In this document: piece after piece, positions 9,517 to 20,293 of the stretch
Layout: the number at the start of each line of letters is the position of its first letter
Position numbering within the stretch: the stretch's first letter is position 1
Assembly: GCA_964591445.1 (NCBI GenBank)
Contig: CAZQAW010000004.1
Coordinates: forward strand, 1 to 62,605
Source of the DNA: an uncultured Candidatus Saccharibacteria bacterium
Lineage (GTDB): Bacteria > Patescibacteriota > Minisyncoccia > Phycocordibacterales > UBA9973
Direction: 5' to 3'
Length of the DNA: 62,605 nt
Made by a program: the position numbers and the translations under genes
Notes under the pieces: generated by a model
The model's database searches: none
What the model was told of the DNA's origin: nothing
Seen by the model: only the letters and a program-made list of their open reading frames with translations

Positions 9517-10803
9517 ATGGGAGAAATATTTATCAAAGGTCTCGACTTTGTCTTTCACATCGTGGGCGCAACTGCGTTCATTTGGCTTCCTATTGTGCTC
9601 GGGTATATTGCTCTTACGTTATGGCATCATTACCTCGAATCGCAATTCGTGCATGGTATCAAATGGAAGCTTCTCGAAGTGCGCATTCCTCGCGATGTTG
9701 AAAAATCTCCGCAAGCGATGGAGCTTATTCTTTCAAATGCTTTGTATCAAGCTACCGACCCAAACTGGTATTACAAATATTGGGTGGGCCGCGCGCGACT
9801 ATGGTTTTCTCTAGAAATGGTGTCGCTTGAAGGCGAAGTGCATTTCTATATCCGTACACCGAGCAAGCTCAAAAACTTGGTGGAGACACAAATCTACGCG
9901 CAATATTCTCAAGCGGAAGTGATCGAAGTTCCGGATTATGCATTTCGTGTGCCTTCGCTTATGCATGGCAGCGAATGGGACATGTGGGGTTGCCAGTTCG
10001 CGCTTGAAAAACCGGACCCGTTTCCGGTGAAAACGTATATCGACTACGGTCTCGACAAAGCCGTCGGTTCCGAAGAAGAACAGAAGATCGATCCGCTTAC
10101 TCCGACGATCGAACTTTTAGGATCGTTCAAAAGAGGTGAACAAGCATGGATACAAATACTTATTCGCGCAAGCAAAAAGTCGTACCACAAGCACGGAACA
10201 TGGAACGATCATCATGGTTTTCATGATGAAGCAAACGTCGCCATTCAAACCATGCTTGCTCCGTACAAAAAAACAGAAACCGATGCCGAAGGTCATCCGC
10301 TTTCGGTTACGTACAATATCCCTGATTTTCTTAAAGACGATATAACTGCAATCAAGCGCAAATCTTCCAAACTTGCATTCGATACAATAGTTCGTGTTGT
10401 ATACACTGCCAAAAAAGTTGATTTTAATAAAGAAAACCAGCGCGCGCTCCGTCTCGCATTTAGACAGTACGCAACACCTACGTTAAATGCTTTCAAGCGT
10501 TATGGTTCGCCGGGCTATGCCTACCCATGGCAAGATCGTTCTGGAAAAAAGACACTCATGCAAAAAGAACATTTCTTGGATGCTTATAGAACTCGCTCCG
10601 GATTTTATCCAAAAGTTGAAGATACTTTTCATATGCCATGGCCGCTTTCTAAGCTGTATTCTGGGCATGCGGCAGAGCTTGCAGTTTTGAATACCGAAGA
10701 ACTCGCAACGATCTTCCACTTCCCAGGTCGTGTATCACAAACTACCTCGTTCAAACGTATTGATTCTAAGAAGAGCTCTCCGCCTTCGAACCTTCCTATT
10801 TAA
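9517..10803 (+). CDS. CPR-type membrane-anchored hypothetical protein
   Basis: N-terminal TM, LLEVRIPRDVEKSPQAME and FSLEMVSLEGEVHFYIR segments resembling proteins linked to VirB4/VirD4-like ATPases (recalled similarity). Confidence 0.7.
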   Translation: MGEIFIKGLDFVFHIVGATAFIWLPIVLGYIALTLWHHYLESQFVHGIKWKLLEVRIPRDVEKSPQAMELILSNALYQATDPNWYYKYWVGRARLWFSLEMVSLEGEVHFYIRTPSKLKNLVETQIYAQYSQAEVIEVPDYAFRVPSLMHGSEWDMWGCQFALEKPDPFPVKTYIDYGLDKAVGSEEEQKIDPLTPTIELLGSFKRGEQAWIQILIRASKKSYHKHGTWNDHHGFHDEANVAIQTMLAPYKKTETDAEGHPLSVTYNIPDFLKDDITAIKRKSSKLAFDTIVRVVYTAKKVDFNKENQRALRLAFRQYATPTLNAFKRYGSPGYAYPWQDRSGKKTLMQKEHFLDAYRTRSGFYPKVEDTFHMPWPLSKLYSGHAAELAVLNTEELATIFHFPGRVSQTTSFKRIDSKKSSPPSNLPI

Positions 10804-10806
10804 TGT

Positions 10807-11835
10807 ATGGACAACACTACCTACAACGGCTACGCACTTTCTTCACATGAAGATTTCGGCAAAGTGAATTTCAAACAAGGCAAGCCGCGTTTTTGGCGAT
10901 ATATCGTCGGGCTTTTTATCTTGCTCGTGGCGCTTGCTATTTTTGTCTATACCAAAGTTATTCCTGCGCCCAAAGATTTCCCAGCAGATTCTATTGTACT
11001 CATCGAAGAAGGAACGACGCTCAAAGAAGCTGCTAGTATGCTTAAAGAAAAACGTATCATTCGTTCACCGCTTTTGTTTCAGATGAGCGCGATTGTCTAT
11101 GGCGGCGAGAAAAATATCATCGATGGATATTATGGTTTCAAAACGCCGATTCCCGTATATGAAGTTGCACGGCGTGTTGTCCGTGGCGACCGCCAGCTTC
11201 CGCAAACGAAAATTACTATTCCCGAAGGCCTTTCGCTCAAGCAAATGGCCGACGTGTATGACGCAAAGCTTGAACAATTCGACAAAGAGAAATTCTTGAC
11301 GCTTACAAAAGGCAAAGAAGGATATTTGTTTCCCGACACGTACTTTTTCTTTCCATTTGAAAATGAAGAAAACGTGATAGAAAAAATGTCTGCAGTATTT
11401 GAAAAGAAAATCGCAAGCGTGCAAAATGATATCGACGCAAGCGGCCGCAGTTTGAAAGACATCATCATTATGGCGTCGATTATCGAAAAAGAATCAAGCG
11501 GCAACGGCGATCGAGAAATCATTTCCGGGATTTTGTGGAAGCGCATCGCGAAGGGAATTCGTTTGCAAGTTGACGCGACCTTTCTCTACATCAACGGCAA
11601 AGAGTCAAAAGAATTGACGTTGAAAGATTTGGATATTAACTCTCCTTACAATACATATCGCAATGCTGGACTTCCGCCTGGTCCGATCGTGAGCCCGGGG
11701 CTTGCCTCGATCAAAGCTGCGCTTCATCCGGAAGATTCTCCGTATCTTTTCTATTTGCATGATCCGACAGGGCAAGTTCATTTTGCAAAAACGTTTGACG
11801 AACACAAGAAAAATATTGCCGCGTACTTGCGCTAA
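10807..11835 (+). CDS. mltG: Endolytic transglycosylase MltG
   Basis: TM anchor, ASIIEKE catalytic Glu, SPYNTYRNAGLPPGPI, YLFYL. Confidence 0.95.
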   Translation: MDNTTYNGYALSSHEDFGKVNFKQGKPRFWRYIVGLFILLVALAIFVYTKVIPAPKDFPADSIVLIEEGTTLKEAASMLKEKRIIRSPLLFQMSAIVYGGEKNIIDGYYGFKTPIPVYEVARRVVRGDRQLPQTKITIPEGLSLKQMADVYDAKLEQFDKEKFLTLTKGKEGYLFPDTYFFFPFENEENVIEKMSAVFEKKIASVQNDIDASGRSLKDIIIMASIIEKESSGNGDREIISGILWKRIAKGIRLQVDATFLYINGKESKELTLKDLDINSPYNTYRNAGLPPGPIVSPGLASIKAALHPEDSPYLFYLHDPTGQVHFAKTFDEHKKNIAAYLR

Positions 11836-11853
11836 ATCTGCTATACTCAGTCT

Positions 11854-12402
11854 ATGCACAAGCGTTATCTGGCATTTCTCGATACTGAAACGACCGGCCT
11901 TGATCCGGCAATTCATGAAATCATACAAATTGGCGGGGTGATTGTGAAGCAAATCCTAACAGACGGAAAAGTGACTTTTGAAGTTGTCGATGAATTTGAA
12001 TACAAGGTAAAGCCAGAAAATATCGTTCAAGCCGACAAAGTAGCGCTTCGAGTGAATGGCTATGACGAAGCCGATTGGGTGTTTGCGTATACGCTCACAG
12101 AAGCGATGACGATGCTTGCTGAGAAAACGAAGGACTGCATTATGGTCGCGCACAATGCGCACTTTGATTTGAACTTTTTTGACGCGGCATGGAAGAAAAC
12201 CGGAATTGCAAACCCAATGCATTATTATGCGATCGATACGATTTCTGTCGCGTTTACAAAGTTGCAAGGGAAGAGCGAAATAGAAAAGCTTTCGCTTCGG
12301 GCACTTTCTGAATATTTTGGCTTAGAAAACAAAAATGCGCACACTGCGCTCTCTGACGCACGAACAACTTTTGAGCTTTACAAAAAGCTGATGCTATTGT
12401 AG
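11854..12402 (+). CDS. DEDDh 3'-5' exonuclease (DnaQ-like)
   Basis: FLDTETTGL, HNAHFD, HTALSDA motifs. Confidence 0.9.
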   Translation: MHKRYLAFLDTETTGLDPAIHEIIQIGGVIVKQILTDGKVTFEVVDEFEYKVKPENIVQADKVALRVNGYDEADWVFAYTLTEAMTMLAEKTKDCIMVAHNAHFDLNFFDAAWKKTGIANPMHYYAIDTISVAFTKLQGKSEIEKLSLRALSEYFGLENKNAHTALSDARTTFELYKKLMLL

Positions 12403-12533
12403 ATTAATAATTGCAAACATACAAAATATTCCTCAAAAAGCACGACATAATTTTCTGCTGAAAATTTGCTCTGCTCGGCTCGACAGCCTGCGCAAGGCTT
12501 TTCGAGAAATATTTTCTATGTTTGTCTTTCGCT

Positions 12534-13598
12534 ATGAAATTTTTACATAAAAAAACTGTATTTTTGGGTGTTTCTGGCGGAGTAGATTCTTCCGTCTCGG
12601 CAGCTTTGCTTTTGGAGCAAGGTTTTGACGTCGTGGGCGTGTTTATCAAAACATGGCAACCGGAATGGGTGCAGTGCACATGGCGCGATGAAAAGCGCGA
12701 CGCAATGCGTGTTTGCGCGCATCTTGGCATTCCGTTTTTATTTTTTGATTTTGAGCAAGAATACAAAGAAGGCGTTGCAGACTATATGATTGCCGAATAC
12801 AAAGCCGGCCGGACTCCGAACCCAGATGTCATGTGCAACAAAGAAATCAAATTTGGTGCATTTTACAAAAAAGCAAAAGCAATGGGGGCGGACTTTGTTG
12901 CGACTGGCCACTATGCACAAAACAAAAACAATACTCTCGTTGCAGGTCATGACGCAAACAAAGACCAAACGTATTTCTTGTGGACGATTCCGCACAATGT
13001 TTTACAAAACGTACTTTTCCCGATTGGACATTTGGAAAAGAAAGACGTGCGCAAGCTTGCCGAAAAATATAAGCTTCCAACTGCGACAAAAAAAGATAGC
13101 CAAGGTATTTGCTTCATTGGGCCAGTAGACATGAAGGATTTCCTTTTGCATTATATTGAAACAAAAAAGGGCAATGTGCTTGATGAAAAAGGCGCCATCA
13201 TTGGCTCGCACGACGGTGCGTTGCTCTACACGCTTGGTGAGCGACATGGATTTACTATCTCAACACAAACTCCTGACCAAGAGCCATATTTTATTATTGC
13301 AAAAGATATAAAAAACAATACGCTCACCGTTTCAAAAAATAAATTTACCAAAAGCGAAAACACATCACAGATGTTTGATCTCATTTCTTGCAATTGGATA
13401 AGTGCTGTTCCAGAAATTGGGAAAACATACAGCGCTCGCTTTCGTTATAGAGAAGCATTGTCTGAAGTACGCATCCTTGCAATAAAAGACAATACAGCTC
13501 ATATAGAAATAATCAACAAAGAAACCATCCTCACGCCAGGCCAGTCGGCGGTCTTGTACGAAAGTGAAACATGTTTAGGCGGGGGAATTATTGTGTAA
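12534..13598 (+). CDS. mnmA: tRNA 2-thiouridylase MnmA
   Basis: SGGVDSS, PNPDVMCN, ATGHYA, KDQTYFL, DSQGICF. Confidence 0.96.
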   Translation: MKFLHKKTVFLGVSGGVDSSVSAALLLEQGFDVVGVFIKTWQPEWVQCTWRDEKRDAMRVCAHLGIPFLFFDFEQEYKEGVADYMIAEYKAGRTPNPDVMCNKEIKFGAFYKKAKAMGADFVATGHYAQNKNNTLVAGHDANKDQTYFLWTIPHNVLQNVLFPIGHLEKKDVRKLAEKYKLPTATKKDSQGICFIGPVDMKDFLLHYIETKKGNVLDEKGAIIGSHDGALLYTLGERHGFTISTQTPDQEPYFIIAKDIKNNTLTVSKNKFTKSENTSQMFDLISCNWISAVPEIGKTYSARFRYREALSEVRILAIKDNTAHIEIINKETILTPGQSAVLYESETCLGGGIIV

Positions 13599-13645
13599 AG
13601 ATATTTTCCACTTCCAAAAAATACTTTACACGATATACTTAAGGT

Positions 13646-14107
13646 ATGTTCGGTTTTGAATACACTATCTTTTTCAATCTCGCCATGGCTATGTTGCTGG
13701 GTATGATTATTGGTGCAGAGCGTTTGTATGCGCACAAGACTGCAAGCATGCGTACGTACGCGCTCGCTTCGATGGGTTCGGCGCTTTTTGTTTCAATCGC
13801 ACTTTTTGGCGCAGGGCAACTTTCAGATATATATCCGGAGATCAATCCTTTTTTCATGATTGCGCAGATCATTACTGGTGTTGGCTTTTTGGGTGCAGGA
13901 CTCATCATTTATAAAAACGATCAACTTGTCGGGGTCACAAGCGCAACCGGCCTATGGGTTTCTGCTGGCATTGGCATTGCGTGCGGTTTTGGGATGATAA
14001 AGCTCGCGCTTATGGCAACACTTCTTGTACTCTTTATCTTTATCGTGCTCTGGTATATCGAACAAAAGCTCAAGAAGATAATGCCCGAAACGCAAAAAGA
14101 AGACTAA
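13646..14107 (+). CDS. MgtC/SapB family membrane protein
   Basis: IGAER, ASMRT, AQIITGVGFLGAG, TSATGLW. Confidence 0.9.
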   Translation: MFGFEYTIFFNLAMAMLLGMIIGAERLYAHKTASMRTYALASMGSALFVSIALFGAGQLSDIYPEINPFFMIAQIITGVGFLGAGLIIYKNDQLVGVTSATGLWVSAGIGIACGFGMIKLALMATLLVLFIFIVLWYIEQKLKKIMPETQKED

Positions 14108-14162
14108 ATATTCCCGAAATAAAAACCCTGACAAAAACGGGGTTTTTTGCTATACTTCCCAT

Positions 14163-15935
14163 ATGAAAATGCAAACTACGTGGGATTTGAAGAAGCTGTA
14201 TAACTCGCTTGATGATCCTCAGATGACGCGCGACATGGACGCGCTCGAAAAAGCTTATGCCGCTTTTGAAAAGAAATACAAAAATAACACAGCTTATCTT
14301 GCCGATAATACCAAACTCCTCCAAGCCCTCAAAGAATACGAGAAACTGATTGAATTAAAAAATCCAGGCATCTATCTTTTTTTGTATAAGGATATTGATT
14401 CCAGTAATCCAAAGGTTGAAGCAAAAAGCACAATGATTTCGCATCAGATGAGTGTTGCTTCAAACCGCATCGTATTTTTCTCCATCAACCTCGGCAAGCT
14501 TTCAAAGATACGACAGAAAGAACTTCTTGCTGATACAAAGTTTGCACATTTCTGGTATTTCTTGAAAGTGCTTTTCGACCAAAGCATGCATGATTTGACC
14601 GAAGCCGAAGAAAAAATAGTGAATCTGCTTTCACTTCCGGCGTATTCGATGTGGGTAGACGGACAGAAAAAGCTTCTTGGGATACAAACAATAAAATTCA
14701 AAGGTAAAGACATGCCGTTCACCGAAGCACTTGAGAAAGTAGCTTCGCTTCCAGTGAAAGACCGCCGCGCTGTGTGGAAACTTATTATTGAAAAAATGAA
14801 ATCAGTAAGTGCTTTTGCTGAAAGTGAACTCAATGCTGTCGTTACAGAAAAGAAAATTATAGATGAGCTTCGTGGTTACACAAAACCTTATAGCTCAACC
14901 GTACTCAAATACCAGAACGATGAAGAATCTGTCGAAAGTCTGGTGGGAACTGTAACTTCGCAGTTCCACATCGCTCAGCGTTTCTATAAAGTGAAGAAAC
15001 AGCTTTTAGGATTGCCGGAATTAACATACATCGACAAGTCTGTGAGCGCGGGTGAAGGTAAAAACAAGAAAAAATTTCCTTTTGACCAAGCAGTCAAGAT
15101 AGTAGAGAGCGCATTTTCAAAAGTAAACAAAAAATATGCAGATTATCTCCGCTCCTATCTTCAAGAAGGACAGATAGATGTATTTCCACGAAAAAATAAA
15201 CGAAGTGGTGGATACTGCGCTCCGTCTTTTGGCAATCCGACGTATATTCTACTTAATCACACAGATGACTTTCATTCAGTTACGACTCTTGCTCATGAGA
15301 TGGGGCATGCGATACATTCTGAATTTTCAAAAACACAACCGGCTTTGTATGAAGATGTAAGCACTTCTGTTGCTGAAGTTGCAAGCACGTTTTTTGAACA
15401 TTTTGCATTTGACGAAGTCTTTGAAACACTTTCAGAGAAAGAAAAAATGTATGCGCTTCACGACAGATTGAATAACGATATTTCGACTATCTTTCGACAG
15501 ATTGCGCTTTTTAACTTTGAAAATGAGCTTCATGTGACTATTCGTGAAAAAGGAACTCTTTCAAAAGATGAAATCGCAAAATTACTTGCTAAACATATGC
15601 GAGCGTACTTAGGCCCGGCTGTCAAAGTAACTGATGATGATGGCTATTCATTTATGTCCTGGCCGCATATCCGCTATTTCTTTTATGTATATTCATATGC
15701 TTATGGGCAGATTATTTCTCATGCTTTGTATGCAAAATACAAAGAAGACAACTCATATATACAAAAGGTGGATGAGTTTCTGAAAGCTGGCGGAAGCAAA
15801 AGCCCGGAGCAGATTTTCAAAGATATCGGTATCGATACGACCAGGCCTTCATTTTTCGAAGCGGGTTTGAAAAGCATCGAAGAAGACGTCATCCGTTTGG
15901 AAAAAATGGTCAAAAGTGCTACAACTAAAAAATAA
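14163..15935 (+). CDS. pepF: M3B oligoendopeptidase F
   Basis: TWDLKKLY N-terminus, LAHEMGH zinc motif, FYVYSYAYG. Confidence 0.9.
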   Translation: MKMQTTWDLKKLYNSLDDPQMTRDMDALEKAYAAFEKKYKNNTAYLADNTKLLQALKEYEKLIELKNPGIYLFLYKDIDSSNPKVEAKSTMISHQMSVASNRIVFFSINLGKLSKIRQKELLADTKFAHFWYFLKVLFDQSMHDLTEAEEKIVNLLSLPAYSMWVDGQKKLLGIQTIKFKGKDMPFTEALEKVASLPVKDRRAVWKLIIEKMKSVSAFAESELNAVVTEKKIIDELRGYTKPYSSTVLKYQNDEESVESLVGTVTSQFHIAQRFYKVKKQLLGLPELTYIDKSVSAGEGKNKKKFPFDQAVKIVESAFSKVNKKYADYLRSYLQEGQIDVFPRKNKRSGGYCAPSFGNPTYILLNHTDDFHSVTTLAHEMGHAIHSEFSKTQPALYEDVSTSVAEVASTFFEHFAFDEVFETLSEKEKMYALHDRLNNDISTIFRQIALFNFENELHVTIREKGTLSKDEIAKLLAKHMRAYLGPAVKVTDDDGYSFMSWPHIRYFFYVYSYAYGQIISHALYAKYKEDNSYIQKVDEFLKAGGSKSPEQIFKDIGIDTTRPSFFEAGLKSIEEDVIRLEKMVKSATTKK

Positions 15936-15936
15936 T

Positions 15937-17694
15937 ATGAACTCAACCGAAATCCGAAAACGTTTCATTGCCTTTTTTGAAAAGCGCGGGCATGCCGTGC
16001 TTCCTTCGGCTTCTTTGGTAACAACAGACGACGTAACTGCGACGAACGCAACGCTTTTTAATACTGCCGGAATGCAGCCGCTTGTGCCGTATCTTTTGGG
16101 TGAAGCGCATGTGAAAGGCAACCGCTTGGTCAATATTCAAAAATGCGTTCGCACTGTCGACCTTGACGAAGTTGGTGACAATACCCACCTGACATTTTTT
16201 GAAATGATGGGGAATTGGTCTTTGGGAGATTATTTTAAAAAAGATGCGATCACGTGGAGTTTCCAATTTCTAACAGACAAAGAAGAAGGTCTCGGTTTAC
16301 CGCTTGAACGATTGTACTTTACCGTTTTTGGTGGCAGCGACGTTGTCGAAAAAGATACTGAGTCTCTTGAAATCTGGAAATCTCTTGGCGTGCCGGAGCA
16401 CCGCATTTATTTCAAAAGTTCAAAATCAAACTGGTGGAGCGCTGGGCCCAATTCTCCTGCCGGACCTTCAACCGAAATGTTTTATGACGTGACTGGAACA
16501 CTTGGCGACATGTCGCAAGAAGCATTTGAAAAAAATGAAGATGAACAAAAAGTCGTTGAAATTTGGAACGACGTGTTCATGAGCTACAAACAAGAAGACG
16601 GAAAAGTTGCAGGCGAACTTCCTCAGAAAAATGTGGACACTGGTGCAGGGCTTGAACGTATCACCGCTGTGCTTACTGGAAAACAAACTGCATATGATAC
16701 GGATTTGTTTGCTGAAATAATGGGCAAGATCGATGAATTTACAACGAGCGCAGATATCCGCGCTCGAAGAATCGTTGCAGACCATATGCGAACTTCAGTA
16801 TTTCTGATGGCAGACGGAGTTGTGCCTGCGCCAACAGATAGAGGTTATATTCTTCGTCGCATCATTCGTCGTGCAGTTCGTTATGCAGATATACTCGGCA
16901 TGAAGCACGGCGCGCTCTACCATATTGCAAATGTTGTTATAGAAAAATACGGAGACATTTACACAAATTTGAAAGAACAAGCCGATGCAATCAAGAATGG
17001 CATTGAACACGAAGAAAGTAAATTCCGAGAGACGCTAACAAACGGCATGAGAGAATTTGAAAAAGGTACAGATGCTTTTACTCTTTTTACAACGTATGGT
17101 TTTCCGATTGAGCTGACAGAGGAACTGGCAAAAGAAAAGGGAATAACTATTGATCGAACAACCTTTGATCAGCAAATGATTGAACACCAAGCGCTTTCTC
17201 GCACTTCGTCCGCTGGCATGTTCAAAGGCGGGCTTGCAAACCATAAACCGGCAACTATCAAGCTTCACACTGCGCATCATTTGCTCTTGGCAGCTTTGCA
17301 AAATGTGTTAGGTAAAGATGTTAAACAACGGGGAAGTAATATTACAGAAGAAAGGTTACGCATAGACTTTTCTTTTGATAGAAAAATGACTGACGAAGAA
17401 AAGAAGCAAGTCGAAGACATGGTGAACGACTGGATCAAGCGCGACTTGAAGGTCGTAAAAAAAGAAATGCCAAAATCTGAAGCAGAAGCACTTGGCGCAG
17501 AAATGGAATTTGGTGCGAAATACGCAGACGTTGTTTCTGTGTACTTTATCGAAGACGAAAATGGCAAACATATTTCCAAAGAATTTTGCGGAGGCCCGCA
17601 CGTAGAACACACAGGCGAGCTCGGACATTTTACTTTACAAAAAGAAGAAGCGTCTTCGGCTGGTGTGCGACGCATCAAGGGAATCTTGAAATAA
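15937..17694 (+). CDS. alaS: Alanyl-tRNA synthetase, short form lacking C-Ala
   Basis: FNTAGMQPL, TFFEMMGNWS, DTGAGLERI, HTAHHLL and CGGPHV editing motifs; ends after GVRRIKGIL. Confidence 0.95.
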   Translation: MNSTEIRKRFIAFFEKRGHAVLPSASLVTTDDVTATNATLFNTAGMQPLVPYLLGEAHVKGNRLVNIQKCVRTVDLDEVGDNTHLTFFEMMGNWSLGDYFKKDAITWSFQFLTDKEEGLGLPLERLYFTVFGGSDVVEKDTESLEIWKSLGVPEHRIYFKSSKSNWWSAGPNSPAGPSTEMFYDVTGTLGDMSQEAFEKNEDEQKVVEIWNDVFMSYKQEDGKVAGELPQKNVDTGAGLERITAVLTGKQTAYDTDLFAEIMGKIDEFTTSADIRARRIVADHMRTSVFLMADGVVPAPTDRGYILRRIIRRAVRYADILGMKHGALYHIANVVIEKYGDIYTNLKEQADAIKNGIEHEESKFRETLTNGMREFEKGTDAFTLFTTYGFPIELTEELAKEKGITIDRTTFDQQMIEHQALSRTSSAGMFKGGLANHKPATIKLHTAHHLLLAALQNVLGKDVKQRGSNITEERLRIDFSFDRKMTDEEKKQVEDMVNDWIKRDLKVVKKEMPKSEAEALGAEMEFGAKYADVVSVYFIEDENGKHISKEFCGGPHVEHTGELGHFTLQKEEASSAGVRRIKGILK

Positions 17695-17736
17695 TTGTTC
17701 ACAGTTTGGAAAAATTCCTCATGCTATACTTTACGC

Positions 17737-18903
17737 ATGGGGATTTTTTCTTCCGAAAAACCACAACCATATCTCACGTATCTCATCATCGACATTGCGA
17801 CTGACGCAGTGCGAACTTCTTTTATGCGGGTAAGGCAAGACGTCCGTTCTCGGCCAGAAGTGCTTTCGTACGCAGAAACAAAACTAGAGATAGAAGAAGA
17901 GCGTTCCGATGTGGATGCGCTTGGCGACTACATGCTCCGGGCTCTTACACATACGCTCTCGATGCTTTCTCACAAAGGCATGTTCATTCCGGACTCGGTG
18001 CATTGCTTTTTGCATGCGCCATGGGTAGGCAGCCAAACTCGCATTGCAAAAATGCAGAAAGAAAAACCCTTCATATTAAGCGAGCAGATCGCAGGCGATA
18101 TTTTGTTGCGCGAAAGAGAAAGCTTTTTGCGAAGCGCCGGAGAAGAAATAACTGTCATCGAAGAGCAGATCATGAGCCTGAAGCACAATGGTTATGAAAT
18201 CCACAATCCGTTTGGCAAGTCGACGACAAGCATTGAAGCTTCAATCTTTTTTGCATTTTCTGAAAAACATATACTTGGAACTATTCGAGAAAAAATTGCG
18301 CAACTTGTACACGAGCGACCTGTCGTATTTCATTCGGCGCATTTTTCTTCGTTCGTTACAGTGCGCGATTTGAAAAATGAAGACGATGCATTTCTTCTTC
18401 TTTCCATTGGTGGCTTGGTGTCGCACGTGTCGCTCGTCACCAACGGACATTTGGAAAGAAGTGCGACATTTCCGTACGGAGTAGATGCTTTGTCTCGCGA
18501 ATTTGCACAAACTATCGGCAGATCAAAGAACGAAATTGCTTCGCTTGTGTCAGTGTACGCTGCCGGTCGTGCGCATGCATCGCTTGAAACACTTATCAAG
18601 CACGGAGCAAAACGCGCGCATCTTGCTTGGAACGAACATTTTGCAAACTCAATCACACATTTGAGCGAGAAAGCAACATTACCAAAGTCTCTGTATATTT
18701 TGCCGCAGACAAAACACGAATCACATCTCGCGCAACTTCTTTTTGGTAATGAAAGCAAGACTTATGCACATTTGCCGCACGATTTTAATGCTATACTTAT
18801 AGATACAAAACACGTGAGTCCGTTCGTACGATGGAGTTCGAGTGATCCGCATGATCTGTACACTATGCTCCACAGTATTTTTATTAGTCGTCGTTTATCA
18901 TAA
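17737..18903 (+). CDS. Divergent FtsA/PilM-like actin-fold protein
   Basis: LIIDIAT, LLLSIGGLVSHVSLV, FPYGVDALSRE segments. Confidence 0.55.
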   Translation: MGIFSSEKPQPYLTYLIIDIATDAVRTSFMRVRQDVRSRPEVLSYAETKLEIEEERSDVDALGDYMLRALTHTLSMLSHKGMFIPDSVHCFLHAPWVGSQTRIAKMQKEKPFILSEQIAGDILLRERESFLRSAGEEITVIEEQIMSLKHNGYEIHNPFGKSTTSIEASIFFAFSEKHILGTIREKIAQLVHERPVVFHSAHFSSFVTVRDLKNEDDAFLLLSIGGLVSHVSLVTNGHLERSATFPYGVDALSREFAQTIGRSKNEIASLVSVYAAGRAHASLETLIKHGAKRAHLAWNEHFANSITHLSEKATLPKSLYILPQTKHESHLAQLLFGNESKTYAHLPHDFNAILIDTKHVSPFVRWSSSDPHDLYTMLHSIFISRRLS

Positions 18904-18908
18904 ATCGC

Positions 18909-20240
18909 ATGGCAAAAAATATACTTCAAGATATAAAACCTCTTACTGCAAGTTCTGGTCGCAGAAGTGCTTCGGCTGACCGCATTGCTCCAATGCCAAA
19001 ACGGGAAGTCGAGCAGTACATTGCAGTCGAAGACCATGAAGAGCACACTACTATTCCTCCTGTTTCGTATGGAAGTTCAACACCAACACCTCGCAGAAGC
19101 CGTGGCTTCATTTGGGCTATTGTCGTACTCGCGCTTCTCGTACTTTTTGTAGCCGTTTCGTATGCATTTGAAGGCGCGACGGTCACAGTTACTCCAAAAG
19201 AAAAAACAGCAACGCTCGACAATTCATTTACAGCAGAAAAAGATGCTGTCGAAACAGGTTTACCGTTTGAAGTCGTAGCGCTTTCCGGAGAAGAAAGTAA
19301 AACATTTACTGGTACAGAAAAACGCACCGCCAACGACAAGGCAACGGGAACAGTAGTCATTTACAACGAATTCAGCACCGCTGCTCAGCCACTTCTTATT
19401 GAAACTCGTCTTGAAACCAAAGATGGCAAAATTTTCAAGACAGACAAAGCCGTGAAAGTTCCCGGTTATACAACAAAGGGTAACGAAATCATCCCTGGCT
19501 CTATCGAAGTCGGCATTCATGCTGACGCTCCCGGCCCAAGCTACAATATCAAAGCTTCTGACTTTACGATCCTTGGTTTCAAAGGCGGTCCAAAATACAC
19601 AAAGATATACGCTCGAAGCAAAACCGCGACCAGTGGCGGCGCGACAGGCGAGCTTTACACTTTGACTGCTGAAGAAAAAACAAAAGCAAAATCCGAGCTC
19701 ATCGACGCGCTTAAAGACAAGCTCATGAAGCAGGCGGTGAGCCAGATCCCAGAAGGATTTGTGTATTATCCTGGCGGAGTGGTGTACGACATCGACGAAT
19801 CTTCACTTTCTTTCGAAGGAGAATCTTCTACTGTCACCGGCACAGCCAAAGGCAAGATTTCCATCATACTTTTTGATCAGAAAAAACTTACAAGTGCTAT
19901 TGCTAAAGCTGCGGTAAGCCAATATGACGGACTTCCTGTAACTATCCCCGAGCTTCGCGATATCAACATGTCTTTGAAAACACTTTCTATTGACCCAACA
20001 ACTGCAAAACAAATTCCGTTTAAAATGGAAGGCGATGTGCACATAGTATGGGATGTGGATGGATCACAACTTGCCGAAGACTTGGCTGGTAAAGACAAAA
20101 ATACTGAAGCGCGTGGCATCCTTGAAAGTTGGAAGGGAATTGACACCGCAGAAATCTTGATCCGACCATTTTGGAAGCATTCTTTGCCTTCAAAATCTGC
20201 CGATATCAACGTCACCGTGGTTTCGAGTATGACCAAGTAA
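18909..20240 (+). CDS. Membrane-anchored protein with baseplate J-like domain
   Basis: Single TM then ATGTVVIYN...TRL...ADAPGPSYNI...FTI.G pattern. Confidence 0.55.
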   Translation: MAKNILQDIKPLTASSGRRSASADRIAPMPKREVEQYIAVEDHEEHTTIPPVSYGSSTPTPRRSRGFIWAIVVLALLVLFVAVSYAFEGATVTVTPKEKTATLDNSFTAEKDAVETGLPFEVVALSGEESKTFTGTEKRTANDKATGTVVIYNEFSTAAQPLLIETRLETKDGKIFKTDKAVKVPGYTTKGNEIIPGSIEVGIHADAPGPSYNIKASDFTILGFKGGPKYTKIYARSKTATSGGATGELYTLTAEEKTKAKSELIDALKDKLMKQAVSQIPEGFVYYPGGVVYDIDESSLSFEGESSTVTGTAKGKISIILFDQKKLTSAIAKAAVSQYDGLPVTIPELRDINMSLKTLSIDPTTAKQIPFKMEGDVHIVWDVDGSQLAEDLAGKDKNTEARGILESWKGIDTAEILIRPFWKHSLPSKSADINVTVVSSMTK

Positions 20241-20293
20241 ATCCACACTTGCAGGAAGCTTTTTTTTCTGTTATATTACCTATACACAAATAC

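Noticed and set aside
18909-20240. Prophage or contractile injection system
   Set aside because: No capsid, tail sheath, terminase or integrase nearby; flanks are housekeeping genes.
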